Shown in pieces: positions 1 through 13,201 of a stretch of DNA of 64,000 bases (position 1 is the stretch's first letter; every line of letters starts with the position of its first letter). This stretch comes from Mizuhopecten yessoensis (lineage: Eukaryota). The position numbers and the translations under genes were made by a program. The DNA is taken from positions 1,024,880-1,088,879 of the forward strand of contig NW_018406268.1 of NCBI RefSeq assembly GCF_002113885.1. Direction: 5' to 3'. The notes beneath the pieces are model-generated. The model was given only the letters and a program-made list of their open reading frames with translations, ran no database searches and had not been told where the DNA came from.

Positions 1-1191
1 GGGGCTAAGGGGGGGGGCCCAATAGGGTAAATATAGCAAATTCTTTAAAATCCTCCTTCTTCTGTAGGAATGAAAGGATTTGCTCCATATTTGGCCAGAA
101 GCATCCTTGGGGGAAAGGGGACAAATTTTGTATAAATGGTGGGTCTGGTCCCCCTGGGGGCTGAGGCGCGGCCCAATAGAGGAAATATAGCAAATTCTTT
201 AAAATCCTTCTTCTGTAGGAATGAAAGGATTTGTTCCATATTAGGCTGATCCATCCTTGGGTGAAGGGGAACCAATTTTGTATAAACCGTGGGTCTGACC
301 CCCAGAGACCTGAGGGGCGGGGCCCAATAGGAGAAACATAGCAAATTAATTTTTTAAATTCTTCTTCTTCTGTAGGAATGAAAAATATCCATATTTGGTG
401 TGGATCAACCTTGGGTAAAGGGGAACCAATTTTGCATAAACGGTGGGTCTTGCCCCGCTGGGGGCTGGCTGAGGGGCAGGGCCAAATAGGGGAAACATAG
501 CAAATTCTTTAAAATCCTTCTTCTTCTGTAGGAATGAAAGGATTTGTTCCATATTTGGTCTGAAGCATCCTTGGGTGAAAGGGAACCAATTTTGTATAAA
601 CCGTGGGTCTGGCCCCCCCAGAGGCCTGAGGGGCGGGGCCCAATAGGGGAAACATAGCAAATTATTCTTAAAAATCCTTCTTATTCTGTAGGAATAAAAA
701 GGATTTGGTCCATATTTGGTGTGGAGTATCCTTGGGTAAAGGGAAACAAATTTTGTATAAATGGTGGGTGTGGCCTTCCCGGGACCTGAGGGGCGGGGCC
801 CAATAGGGGAGATAGAGGTAAAACCTTTAAAATCCTTCTTCTACTATAGGGATTAAGGGATTTTATCCTAATTTAGTCTGGAGCATCTTTGGGCCAAGGG
901 GACTTAATATTGTTGAGCAGTGGGTGCGGTCTCCAAGGGGGCAGAAGGACGGGGCCCAATAGGGGAAATAGAGGCAAAACCTTTAAAATCCTTCTTCTAC
1001 CATCGGGATTAAGGGATTTCCTCCCAATTTGATCTGGAGCATCCTTGGGCCAAGGGACTCAATTTTGTATAAACAGTGAGTCTGGCCCCCTGGGGACATA
1101 GGGGTGGGGCTCTGTTTGAAGTTTGTTCTTGCTTTATCTCAAGTACTGGATGGATCTTCAGGTGAGCGATACAGCCCTCTGTGCCTCTTGT
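1..1191 (+). mobile_element. 3' part of a Helentron-type non-autonomous element (HINE/DINE-1/pearl-like) with ~7 internal tandem repeats of ~155 bp
   Basis: GC-rich ~151-160 bp repeats (CCCAATAG near 18, 172, 323, 639, 955). End TCAGGTGAGCGA...GCCTCTTGT resembles the end of the element at 44519-45623. Confidence 0.75.
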
Positions 1192-1281
1192 ATTTATCTC
1201 AGTGTGGTCTTGTATTAGCTTCCTGTCTGAATGTCACAATTTACTTAATTTAATCATTGTGATGTCTCTTTGTTGCTTTAG

Positions 1282-1472
1282 ATGAACTTCTTAGGATTAA
1301 TGACGACATCAACAATGTGTTTCTGCGATATGAAAGATTTGAAAAGTACCGAACGGGACAAACTGGCCAACAAACAAACCAGCCTGCTACCCAGGTGTCA
1401 CCTGAGCCCTCCCCCCAGGACTCGCACTTACCACCATCATATGACCAGATTGTCACAGGAGGCTCTGACCAG
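1282..1472 (+). CDS. TOM1L2: TOM1-like exon (GAT C-terminal helix, linker)
   Basis: tttag|AT GAA CTT...GAC CAG|gtaagt; [26 protein letters not shown]...[15 protein letters not shown]. Confidence 0.93.
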
Positions 1473-4400
1473 GTAAGTACAACCAGGTGTAACTAGATAC
1501 TCGGACCAGGTAAATATAGCCAGGTATAACTAGATACTCTGACCAGGTAAATATAGCCAGGTACATGTTTAACTAGACACTCTGACCAGGTAAATACAAC
1601 CAGGTGTCACTGGATCCTCTGACCAGGTAAATATAGCTAGGTATAACTAGATATGCTGACCAGGTAAATATAGCCAGGTATAACTAGATACTCTGACCAG
1701 GTAAATAGAGCCAGATATAACTAGATACTCTGACCAGGTAAATATAGCCAGGTATAACTAGATACTCTGACCAGGTAAATATAGCCAGGTATAACTAGAT
1801 ACTCTGACCAGGTAAATATAGCCAGGTGTAACTAGATACTCTGACCAGGTAAATATAGCCAGGTGTAACTAGATACTCTGACCAGGTAAATATAGCCAGG
1901 TATAACTAGATACTCTGACCAGGTAAATACAACCAGGTGTAACTAGATACTCTGACCAGGTAAATATAGCCAGATATAACTAGATACTATGACCAGGTAA
2001 ATATAGCCAGGTATAACTAGATACTCTGACCAGGTAAATACAACCAGGTGTCACTGGATCCTCTGACCAGGTAAATATAGCCAGGTATAACTAGATACTC
2101 TGACCAGGTAAATACAACCAGGTGTCACTGGATCCTCTGACCAGGTAAATAAAGCCAGGTGTAACTAGATCTCTGACCAGGTAAATACAACCAGGTGTCA
2201 CTGGATCCTCTGACCAGGTAAATAAAGCCAGGTGTAACTAGATCTCTGACCAGGTAAATATAACCAGGTGTTACTGGATCCTCTGACCAGGTAAATATAG
2301 CCGGGTGTAACTAGATCTCTGACCAGGTAAATATAGCCAGGTATAACTAGATTATCTAACTAGGTAAGAACAGCCAGGTGTCACTGGAGCCTCTGATCAG
2401 GTAGTTACTTCCAGATTTATTTTTATTTTATAGAAGCAATTCTCTAAAGCGCTTTTACATAAAATAGATTTGAAACAACAGCCTTAATTCCTTTACACAT
2501 GTTTCACAACCTTTCTCTTGTTAGTCTAGATCTTATTCCTTTACACATGTTTCACAACATTTCTCTTGTTTGTCTAGATCTTATTCCTTTACACATGTCT
2601 CACAACCTTTCTCTTGTTTGTCTAGATCTTATTCCTTTACACATGTTTCATAACCTTTCTCTTGTTTGTCTAGATCTTATTCCTTTACACATGTCTCACA
2701 ACCTTTCTCTTGTTTGTCTAGATCTTATTCCTTTCCACATGTTTCACAACCTTTCTCTTGATAGTCTAGATCTTATTCCTTTACACATGTTTCACAACAT
2801 TTCTCTTGTTTGTCTAGATCTTATTCCTTGACACATGTTTCACAACCTTTCTCTTGATAGTCTAGATCTTATTCCTTTACACATGTTGCACAACCTTTCT
2901 CTTGTTAGTCTAGCTCTTATTCCTTTACACATGTTTCACAACATTTCTCTTGTTTGTCTAGATCTTATTCCTTTCCACATGTTTCACAACCTTTCTCTTG
3001 ATAGTCTAGATCTTATTCCTTTACACATGTCTCACAACCTTTCTCTTGTTAGTCTAGCTCTTATTCCTTTACACATGTTTCACAACATTTCTCTTGTTTG
3101 TCTAGATCTTATTCCTTTACACATGTTTCACAACCTTCCTCTTGTTAGTCTAGATCTTATTCCTTTACACATGTCTCACAACCTTTCTCTTGTTAGTCTA
3201 GCTCTTATTCCTTTACACATGTTTCACAACATTTCTCTTGTTTGTCTAGATCTTATTCCTTGACACATGTTTCACAACCTTTCTCTTGATAGTCTAGATC
3301 TTATTCCTTTACACATGTTTCACACCCTTTCTCTTGTTAGTATAGATCTTATTCCTTTACACATGTTTCACACCCTTTCTCTTGTTAGTATAGATCTTAT
3401 TCCTTTACACATGTTTCACAACATTTCTCTTGTTTGTCTAGATCTTATTCCTTTACACATGTTTCACACCCTTTCTCTTGTTAGTATAGATCTTATTCCT
3501 TTACACATGTTTCACACCCTTTCTCTTGTTAGTATAGATCTTATTCCTTTACACATGTTTCACACCCTTTCTCTTGTTAGTATAGATCTTATTCCTTTAC
3601 ACATGTTTCAAAACCTTTCTCTTGTTAGTCTAGATCTTATTCCTTTACACACGTTTCACAACCTTTCTCTTGTTAGTCTAGATCTTATTCCTTTGCATTT
3701 TAAAATTAATGAAAACCCATTCTCACAGTTACAACTTTTTCAATTGCTCTTTGGTGGAAAATTAAACATTTCACATTTAGTCTGTACTCTAAACCTTTAT
3801 TTTGTTTGGTACAGGTTAGTGCCTCTACAGGGCAACCCGGTGTTGGTAACCTAATTGACCTAGGACATGACACACAACCCACAGGTCTCAGCTCTCAGTT
3901 CTCAGACATGGGTAAGTACTACAACTTCACAAAGCTAATAACAGATGTTGTGTGTAGGTGTTGGGATGTGGAGGTTGTACTGCTGCTGGATGAACTCATA
4001 TATCCCCCACACCTACACAGTGATGAACTCTTTTCTACCATATTCCGTCTTTGCGTATTGCAGAGTTATCTTCTCTTGGGAGCAGGTATTGATTGTTACG
4101 TCATTGGTTTGTGCGAGAAAATTATGTCGTTTTCTCAAAAATTGATTACGTTACTCTCACAAACAAGTGACGTAACAATCAATCCCTGCTCCAAAGATAA
4201 GATAACTCTGCAATACGCAAAGACGGAATATTGTCTTCACAATGATACACAAAGCACTAAAACTATTGTCATGAGACTCTGTACTACGAGTTCAAGACCG
4301 TAACTTGTGCAGTTTTTGCCTACTAGTAAGAGCAAACAATTCACTTATTTTGTGTTGTACAGGCTTGAACGTGCTATCAGCAACTAAGGTCTTAAAGGAC

Positions 4401-7400
4401 ATGGGCTTTATCAGTAACTTCACTCATTTATAATTAGAGTGCATTCCGGACAACATTAATAGCATTATACATTATTAGCTCACCTACCATTGAAAACTTC
4501 ATACAGACATAACCCATATGAGGGCCAAAAACCTGAAGTTAATTGTACACGTGACTTTGTGTTTGTGTAGGACTAGGGGCTGGAAGTGTGAGTAACACCC
4601 TAGGCCAACTCAACTCCACACCCACCACCAACAGTGTGCATCCTTCCTCCGACGATTTTGATATGTTCGCCCAGTCTCGCCAGTCATTTGACCAGAACAA
4701 GAAGGCGGTGGGGTATGTATATACTAGTTATACAACTTTTTGTGTGATCCACGTTGTCCAGTACTGACCATTCCCACCAAGCCTTTGACCAACCATCTCA
4801 ATGCATTTCTGGAATGTCCTGCAAATGTTTTATAATGCTATCCAATACTGCAAAATGTAATTTTTTGTATTTTCTAAATACAAAATAAGATCACTGTAAA
4901 CATATATAATTTAGCGTTAGTCTTATTTTACCTCTTTTCGCGGCAAATATTTTATAATGCTATCCGGTACAAGTACGTACTAGGAATGTAATTTTGATAT
5001 TTAAGAATTAGAATGTATAAAAAAAAATATGAAATAGGATATTCCCATTTCCAGGTAGTAAACTGATTCTCAAAATAATGGTTATGCATATAATATACAG
5101 TATATACACCAGTAACACCAAGTTTGGAAAGTTAACTTACAACACAGAAACTTTTTAAATACTGATTGTCCGTGTGGTGTAATTTGACTATAGTGTATAC
5201 TCAACCCAACAAGAGGATCAGTATGGAGGTGGTCTCAGCCAAGCTGTCAATGCCAAAGTAACGCCCGGGGTATGTATCTATCTACTCGTCAACGTTCCTA
5301 ATTTACGGGACTTATAACCTTTCCTTTCAGATATAAAAACTGAGTATTTTCTATTAGGGCTATTCCAGTAAAACCTCTCTCCTACCCCAGCACTCCCCCC
5401 AAGTTTTGTTCAGTTTGATACAGGATTAACCATTAATTCAGTAAATGTTAGTTAACAAATACAGTTATGAAAACTTCAAGTCTGTAGATAATTTGAAATC
5501 TATATATAATACATTCAAATTAAATGTTTATTGGAAAAAATGAAAAATATATGTACATTTATTAGAGAAAATTAACAAAACATTCAAATTCAATGTTTAT
5601 CGGAGAAGATGAACAATGGGCTCCTGTTAGTAGTCCAGACACTTTCTGTTTAAAACAAACTGTTTATTTTTAATGGTTAATGTATTTTAACTTCTAAATA
5701 TATTTGACTTCAATGCACCTAGTATGTGGGTGCCATTACTGAGATCTGTCAATGCAAAAGATATTTCTACAGAATACTGCTTAGTGATAAAAAATGGCTT
5801 AAGATGACCAAAATTGTGTATTAAACTTAAGTTCAGAATATGGAAAAACACTTCCAAAAAGTCTTGGCCATAAAATCAGTATCAAATGTATCGGTTACAA
5901 TTGCGAAAATGTTCACGAAATGTTTTTTATAAGTCTTGATTCAGATGTATTCAATATAGTATTCAGGAGCTCCATCTATAATGAAGATGATCATTATTCC
6001 TTAAAACAACAGATCAATTAAGAATGCAAAAATCTGTGAAATTATATAAATTATCAAAACCACTGGAGAACTTCAGAATTAGAGCTGTTGTCATGGTGAA
6101 TAGTGGTAGCAACTTGTCCCAGACAGTACCACAAACAATTTTGAACTTTTTCACTACCTTGAGGGTATGACAAAGAAATCTTGACCTGATGATTAAGATT
6201 CTTGAACTTCTAAACCCAAGGCTTGATGTTCCTGTTAAAATCTTTTAATATTATACTGCTATGTCACATTTAGACTGTGATAAAATCTCTACTTGAAAAT
6301 AGAAGTTACTAGTGGTAAATTGTTGTGCCAGCATGTGTGAGTGAAGGTGTGCTGTGTTGTTACAGCTAGATGATGCTGAGGAGGTGTTGAAGGTATTGTT
6401 TGTATACTTTTTACTTACTGACATAGCCGTTATATCTACATCATCACATTTACTGACATATGACTGTTTTCTGTAGATCACTGATGTACACATGCTAGTC
6501 AAATAGCTGGTGTAGAACTAATATATAATCACTTCTTGTTTTGAGTTTCCTCAACAAGTGACGGTTGATTATCTTTTTTATCTCGCTCAAGTTCGGTAAA
6601 CCTCATGTCTTCAGCAACTATTGAAAAATGACCAACAAGAGTGAGATAAAAAAGATAACCGATGTAGTATTATTGTAAGGCCAAAACAAAGTATATGTTT
6701 GTTTCCTGCTACATAATCAAAAGCAGCAATAATGGTTAATTTTCATTTTATTTTCAAACTTCGTTACAAGAAGGAACTTCTAGTATTAGAATATTTTTAC
6801 TAAAGTGTTGTAATCATTAATGTCAGTATTTCTGTTGATACCCCTGAAAAGATGAAAGGAAGATCTTTTAAGTTAGTGAGGGTATCAATAGAATATCGAT
6901 TGCTATTCAAACAAAAACAAACAAATTTTCTTTTACACTTGCTGATTGTACATAGTATAGCCGTGCCAATTTTGAATTCTGTCTATTTGAACTGTTATAA
7001 TGGAAAAAAACCTTTTTAAATTCCATAAAATGTTTTCGGGTCAGTACCAAAAGCATATTGTTAGTTTGGTGGCAGGAAATAGACGTATATTTAGTATGTA
7101 CTAACAAGCAAAATTCTGTTTATATCACATAACATTGGTTTTGAAGGTTTATTTCGTGAGCAATTTTTTCATTGCATGTAGTCACTTGTGGTAGTAGTTT
7201 AACCGAGGAAAAGCATTCAAAGTCAAAGGTCAAAGTTGATAGGTGAAGAGCCTTGAAACATCGCAGTGTATACTATATGTTATACAGTGTTTAACTCATT
7301 CTCCCCTGAAATTTCATGAAGAACGTTAGTTCAAATGTGTCTTCAGGGGTGAATAAGTTAAAAGTGAAGAAACAAACGTTATGGGATAATTGCTGATATA

Positions 7401-10400
7401 CCATGCCTGATTATAGATATATAGTAATTAAATAACACATATATTCCAACGAGTTGTTTATATTATCAAATACTTTATTTCTGGACATATGCACCCTCCC
7501 ACTTCTATTGTTGAAACATTCTGGAATATATCTGTGACATTATCCTACAAACAAGCTACCTATGTTTTTTAAGTGTTTTGGATGGACTTTTTTTTATTGC
7601 TGTTCATAATTTATTTCTAAACAAATTGTATAAAATTTAAATAATTTCAAGATTTGTCCAGATTTAATTCAAATCATTAACTTGGAATGAATTTCTTTTT
7701 CTACCGAACAGTCTACAATATTTTTCCTATTACAATACATGTAGACAAGCCGAAGGGGCATGTGTCCGGACTGGAAAGATAAACAATGCATGTCTTTTCT
7801 TATGTTTATGCTTAGCTTATGTTGATATATGTATATGTTATTATTTGTCCAAAGCCTGATAGTCTACCATCTAAACAGGTTGGTTTTACCTTGTCTGCCT
7901 AACACCTCTCTCTCTCACACTACACTTGACCTCGGCCTTTCGCCTGAACGTTAAACCCCAAACATACAACCTTGACACTATTTGTAGATTCTATTTAGTC
8001 TGCATTGTTAATTAGGACCCCGCTTTCAAAGAATGAAGGTCTGATGGTAATCAACCTCGTTAGATAAAAGGAAGACATTTTAACGACAGTTGTTTCGAAG
8101 GATATTGATTATAGTTTAAGTTTTATCTGACACTATAGCTGAGACTTAAGACACTATAAATTTATCTAGTAGTTATTTCAGTGCCGATTATAAGTGTACA
8201 TGTACTTATTTATATTTTAGTACTTTTCTTGCTTACTTGATATGTAAAACTCCAACAGTTTCTAGGAAATATGAAGCAGTTTTTATCTAAATTTGTATAC
8301 ATAGTGATTTGTCAAAGGAATAGAAGTATGATCACTCAAATCTTTAAGAATCTTTAACCTAGCCATTAAAGTTTAGATTCCCCATTACTGTGTCCATTAC
8401 TAGTAAGATTCCCCATTATTGTGTCCATTAAAGTTTAGATGCCCCATTACTGTGTCCATTAAAGTTTGGATTCCCTATTACTGTGTCCGTTAAAGTTTGG
8501 ATTCCCCATTACTGTGTCCATTAAGGTTTAGATGCCAAATTACTGTGTCCATTAAAGTTTAGATGCCCAATTACTGTGTCCATTAAAGTTTAGATGTCCA
8601 ATTACTGTGTCCATTAAAGTTTGGAATCCCTATTACTGTGTCCAATAAAGTTTAGATTCACAGTTACTGTGTCCATTAAAGTTTAGATGCTCAATTACTG
8701 TGGCAATTTAAGTTTAGATGTCCAATTACTGTGTCCATTAAAGTTTGGATTCACAATTACTGTGTCCATTAAAGTTTAGATTCTTTATTACTGTGTTCTT
8801 AGCTGTACACATTAAAACCCCTCCCTGCAATTAAAAAGCTTGTTTCAGATTTTGGTAGATTGGAGAGCTTTTTGTGTGACAGTTGCATAACTGTTAATTA
8901 AGTAGAATGATACATTCTGAATCTTAACATAAATAACATGAACATGAAAAACATACATTATGCTTCGGTTCTACATGTTCTTTGCTTTGCATACTCTTAG
9001 ATGCTTACTTGGTTATGGGTTGCACTAGACCAGGCTATTAATGCTGACAGCACATTCCTTAGTAGGGGTGTGGTAATATGTCTTCATTAGACTAGATAGT
9101 CATTCACATATCTTATATGTCAAATCATTCATCTGCAGTATATTTGTTTGTAAATTAATTAACCCTTTTACCACTGTAGACCTTAATGGACTCATCCATA
9201 TCAAAACATGGAAGAGTCTACTTAAGTTACATAGGGATGAAAGGGTTAATTAAGATGTAAAATTTTGTAAATCATATTAAATTACTGTAATGTTCTCAAA
9301 ATACATTACTTTTATAATGTTTAGAAGAGACAATTTAATCAACATTTTAGAGAGCTTATTCGGTCTCATGTTTTGTAAATAATTATCAATTACAGATTTT
9401 TGTTGAGGTGTATATGTTGATTTATGGAACTAGGCGATTCCTCTCAGTCACTATCTCTTTTCAGGCCCATATAACATATATTCCAAGAAATACAGGAATT
9501 GTTATATTAGATACATGTTTTAGGTCACTAGAAAAAGCATAAGTAAATCATCTAGAGAAAAGTAACATACATTTGGCAGGGAGCATTGCAACATTACATT
9601 TCTAAGATCTGATGATTTCACCTGAAAAAATTGTTCAAATGATGTCATTTAAAAGTGTCATTTTTCCTCCAGAGTGTACATAAACACTTTTTATTCATGT
9701 ATTTAATTCTGAGCACCCGTAATCTCCCCCATGGAAAATTTTAAAAAGTCGGCAAGTACGATGTCATAAAGCGAATGTTGACCTCACTGATGTTTCTAAA
9801 AATTGTAACACCGAGCAATATCACATACCACATCTCTACATGATGATGATTCAACTATGATTCTCATGTTATGTAAATTACTGAAAACTACATAGAGGTC
9901 TCATGTTATGTACACTACTGAAAACTACATAGACGTCTCATGTTATGTAAATTACTGAAAACTACATAGAGGTCTCATGTTATGTAAGTTACTGAAAACT
10001 ACATAGAGGTTTCATGTTATGTAAATTACTGAAAACGACATAGAGGTCTCATGTTATGTACATTACTGAAAACTACATAGAGGTCTCATGTTTCATGAAA
10101 GTTTGATTTGAAGAAAGAGAATTTGAAGTTTCCATGGTGATTGTTTTGTAGTTGCAAGATCGGGAAAATGATTATGATGAAATGGAACAATGGTTGACTG
10201 ATGAACAGAAGAAAGATGTAAGTTGGAACATGGCAAATATTGATAGTCAAGAGGATGTGGTAGAGCACTAGATTCTTACACACAAGTAAACAAATACTGA
10301 TAGTACACAGACTGTTCTAGAGAAGGCAAGTTTCATACACAAACCAAATGGCTGCATGAAAATGTCCAGTTGTCCAGCCCTTTTTGCATATTTGAAATCC

Positions 10401-11893
10401 AGGTTTTTAAGCACGTTTTGGTAAAGATTAAGTTTTCAATGTTCATTTGGATCTCAAGTCTACATTTTTGGGGATTCTCCGTTTGAGTTTTGTGTTATCG
10501 GTTAAGAAGGAATGATTTTAGCATGTTAATTTTAGCATGGTTTTATATTAAACAGATTCATCAAATCAGATTGTTTAAATTTAAATTTTGCATTTACAGT
10601 TAGAAAACGCAAGAGGCAAGCCTCAAGAATCCATCACTAGTTCAGGTAAGAACAAGGCATCTCAAGTGATACAAATCCTGTCACATTTCTAAAAATAGTA
10701 ACAGTGACTTTGACCTTCAATGTAGAACTTGCTAGAGCGATGACAAAGAGTAACAAATCTCCATCATACCTACGGGCTGAATCTGTTATCCCCTCAAACT
10801 TTCGTTGCGAGGGGATGATAATACTGTGGTATCATAAATAATGGAGTCACTGTTGTAAGTTTATTGAACTTAACACGAGGATCAAATTAATAATTGATAG
10901 ATAAAGGATATAAAGCATTTTGACTTGGAATGACTGTAAATTAAAGGTTTTATTTGTCCTTGAAATATGTAACACTGTAAAAGTTGCATTTCAACCAGCT
11001 GTGAAACTCAATTTCTGAAGATAGTTGTGGCTACTATCGTAAAAAATGTGTAATAGTGACTTTGCATGTACTCATTATAGAAACAAAACATAAATGGCTT
11101 GTGTGGTCAGGGATACCAATTACCTCTTAGGTGCCTATGGTGGGAGATCTCCCTCCATTGGGTTTCGCAATGTGTGAAACTTCTGAGAGCGCCACGGCAT
11201 CACAGTGTAACGTTGTTTCAGTTGTTCAGATCAAATTGACAAATGTATGGAAAGAAATCCTATCTTTTATTCAGAAAACTACATCATACAAGTTGTTTTT
11301 TGTAAGCAATAAATACCAATGTAGCTTAGGTTCATTGTGGGAATGTGTACATCTGTGCTATAAACAATTGTGTTCTGCTACCCCAGATAAATAAGGCTTG
11401 ACTGTATGAGGTATTGCTTTTAATACATGCCATCACTACTCCATCTATCTTTGCCTTTCTTTGTTTTGAGAGATCTGTTGTCTCAGACATTTAAAAGAAC
11501 TTATATACAGATAAAGTTTCTGTGAAAAAAAAGGATCTCAATATAGACTTTGGTAACTGTTCAATTGCTTCCCGAAATTCTGAGTGAAAACGTTGTAGAC
11601 TGACAAAAACGCATTGTGAATGGAATAATGACGTCAGGTTACCGTAGCAACAAATGACACTGAATTCATTCATTACAGTGGATGTATTTTAGATCTGTTT
11701 TATGAAATAACATTGCAGTTTTATCGAAACTTGAATTGTTTCAGAATTTGACGAGTTTTTGGCAGAGCGAGCTGCTGCAGCCGATACCCTCCCCAGCATA
11801 TCTGCACAAACTGGTCAACAGCCACGCTCGGCAAACCGCAATCGCCAACTAAAACAGAAAGACGAGGATGAGAACCCGTTGTTTGCTCTGTAG
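1282..11893 (+). CDS. TOM1L2: TOM1/TOM1L2-like protein, 3' portion (end of GAT domain plus C-terminal tail); 5' exons lie upstream of the window
   Basis: Phase-consistent GT-AG exons 1282-1472, 3815-3911, 4571-4712, 5194-5269, 10152-10217, 10600-10645, 11745-11893. Peptides are [23 protein letters not shown] (GAT end), NLIDLG (clathrin box), [15 protein letters not shown] (myosin-VI-binding-type), [14 protein letters not shown] and ENPLFAL*, all recognisable TOM1-family motifs. Invertebrate co-orthologue of TOM1/TOM1L2. Confidence 0.93.
1463..2402. repeat. ~37-bp minisatellite, ~26 copies, starting inside the exon 3' end
   Basis: Unit CTCTGACCAGGTAAATATAGCCAGGTATAACTAGATA. Confidence 0.95.
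2483..3695. repeat. 48-bp minisatellite, ~25 copies
   Basis: Unit CTTATTCCTTTACACATGTTTCACAACCTTTCTCTTGTTAGTCTAGAT. Confidence 0.97.
3815..3911 (+). CDS. TOM1L2: TOM1-like exon (clathrin box)
   Basis: tacag|GTT...ATG G|gtaagt; [32 protein letters not shown]. Confidence 0.9.
4041..4230. mobile_element. ~190-bp long-TIR (foldback) MITE, copy 1
   Basis: TATTCCGTCTTTGCGTATTGCAGAGTTATCTT...AAGATAACTCTGCAATACGCAAAGACGGAATA; TA termini. Confidence 0.85.
4571..4712 (+). CDS. TOM1L2: TOM1-like exon
   Basis: tgtag|GA CTA...GTG GG|gtatgt; [13 protein letters not shown]...[20 protein letters not shown]. Confidence 0.92.
5194..5269 (+). CDS. TOM1L2: TOM1-like exon
   Basis: tatag|T GTA...GGG|gtatgt; [25 protein letters not shown]. 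Confidence 0.87.
8363..8796. repeat. 31-bp minisatellite, ~14 copies
   Basis: Unit CCATTAAAGTTTAGATGCCCAATTACTGTGT. Confidence 0.93.
9159..9249. mobile_element. ~85-bp piggyBac-like MITE, copy 1
   Basis: TTAA-CCCTTT...AAAGGG-TTAA; same family at 22501, 28066, 53774, 57448, 63149. Confidence 0.8.
9863..10093. repeat. 37-bp minisatellite, ~6 copies
   Basis: Unit CTCATGTTATGTAAATTACTGAAAACTACATAGAGGT. Confidence 0.93.
10152..10217 (+). CDS. TOM1L2: TOM1-like exon (IWL/myosin VI-binding-type motif)
   Basis: tgtag|TTG...GAT|gtaagt; [22 protein letters not shown]. Confidence 0.88.
10600..10645 (+). CDS. TOM1L2: TOM1-like exon
   Basis: tacag|TTA...TCA G|gtaaga; [15 protein letters not shown]. 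Confidence 0.85.
11745..11893 (+). CDS. TOM1L2: TOM1-like terminal coding exon
   Basis: ttcag|AA TTT GAC...CTG TAG; (E)[16 protein letters not shown]...[10 protein letters not shown]. Confidence 0.92.
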
Positions 11894-13201
11894 TTAGGAC
11901 TATATCTGTGTGGAAGAGAACGTATGTAAAATATCTATGGTAAAAAAAACTCCCTGGAATTCCTGTATAAAGCGAGATCATTAACGATGTCATCATTTCA
12001 AAATGGAGTGATTCTTTATGTTTTGATATTAATTAGAATATGGATTTGAAAAAGCCCCTGAACTGATGGTGTGGGAGAACCATTTAACTTGTTTCGGATG
12101 AATCGGTGTGCAGATTATTCTCCTTCTGTAAAAATGCCAAATATAAATATTAAAGTTCAAAATATCAAAATATGTAAGACCACTTAAATGAAAAGTGTTC
12201 ACTAAACCAAGGATGTTTTATGATTTCCGTATGTAGACAAGACTAGGCCTAGGAGGGAGGGGCATGGAGTGTGGCAAGAAAGTGGTATGGTGTAAGTAGA
12301 AGCGAGATGATGGGAGGGAGGGGTGTGGAAGGAGAGGAGATGGGGATTTGGGGTATGCCTGTGTCTAGTTGACATGTCCTTGTTCTGGTTTGTCTACCGG
12401 TGTTTCGTCTGTGAGTGTGGGCTGGGAGATTCTAGGTTCTTGTTATCGGACATCTAGTGCTGCGTTATTTCTAACAAGCATGCAATATCGTGTTCGTGTA
12501 ATAGGATTGTCTGTTGGTTGTTTATTTCATATCTTTTTTTGGATTATATTACACATCAACTTTTGTGTAGAAAGATTGTTTTTATTTATCTCATAAATCA
12601 AGCATCATCAATATTATTTAAAATAGCCCTAGTGTATTTCAGTTGTGTGATGCAAAATATACTTTTTGCAATGTATTAGAAGTCATCCTCGCCTGTTATC
12701 AATGGTTTAGGGTGAGAGGGATGGGAGTGTTTGTCTTTAATAGGATGAGGAGAGTGTCGTGTTGATCAGCTCAGAGTGCCTAGATAAATCTCTATTATAT
12801 GTGATATTATTACCCAGTAGAATTCGTAGTAAGTTTGAACTAGATCAACTGAAGATTAATTGTATTATATTGCCCAGATAGAAGATACCGCATTCAAGTA
12901 TTACAGATTTACTGCAGTCATGCGATCAAGGACCTGCAGTCATGATCGATGAATTTACATAGCCATGCATTCATGTACATATACAAAAGTACATAAACTG
13001 CAGTAATGGGTCCTGCCATGCATCAGAGGTCTTAGGCTTGTATCTTGAGTAATAAGTCTTGTCATGCACGCTAGGTCCTGAAGGTCTGTCTACTAAAACC
13101 ATGTACTCAGCCCTGTAATTGGTAACTAAAGGTCATGCATTCATGTATGAAAGTTCTTGCAGCCATCTAAAAAAATGGCCTGCAATTGAAGAACCACCAG
13201 G

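Noticed and set aside
5-660. Three similar minus-strand ORFs
   Set aside because: Translations of the internal tandem repeat of a non-autonomous element.
2499-3854. Long repetitive ORFs ([16 protein letters not shown])n
   Set aside because: Artefact of a 48-bp (multiple of 3) intronic minisatellite; interrupted by TGA; no splice support.
7745-9075. Further possible small TOM1 exons (~7745, ~8016, ~9034)
   Set aside because: Weak splice sites or incompatible phases; no recognisable motif.
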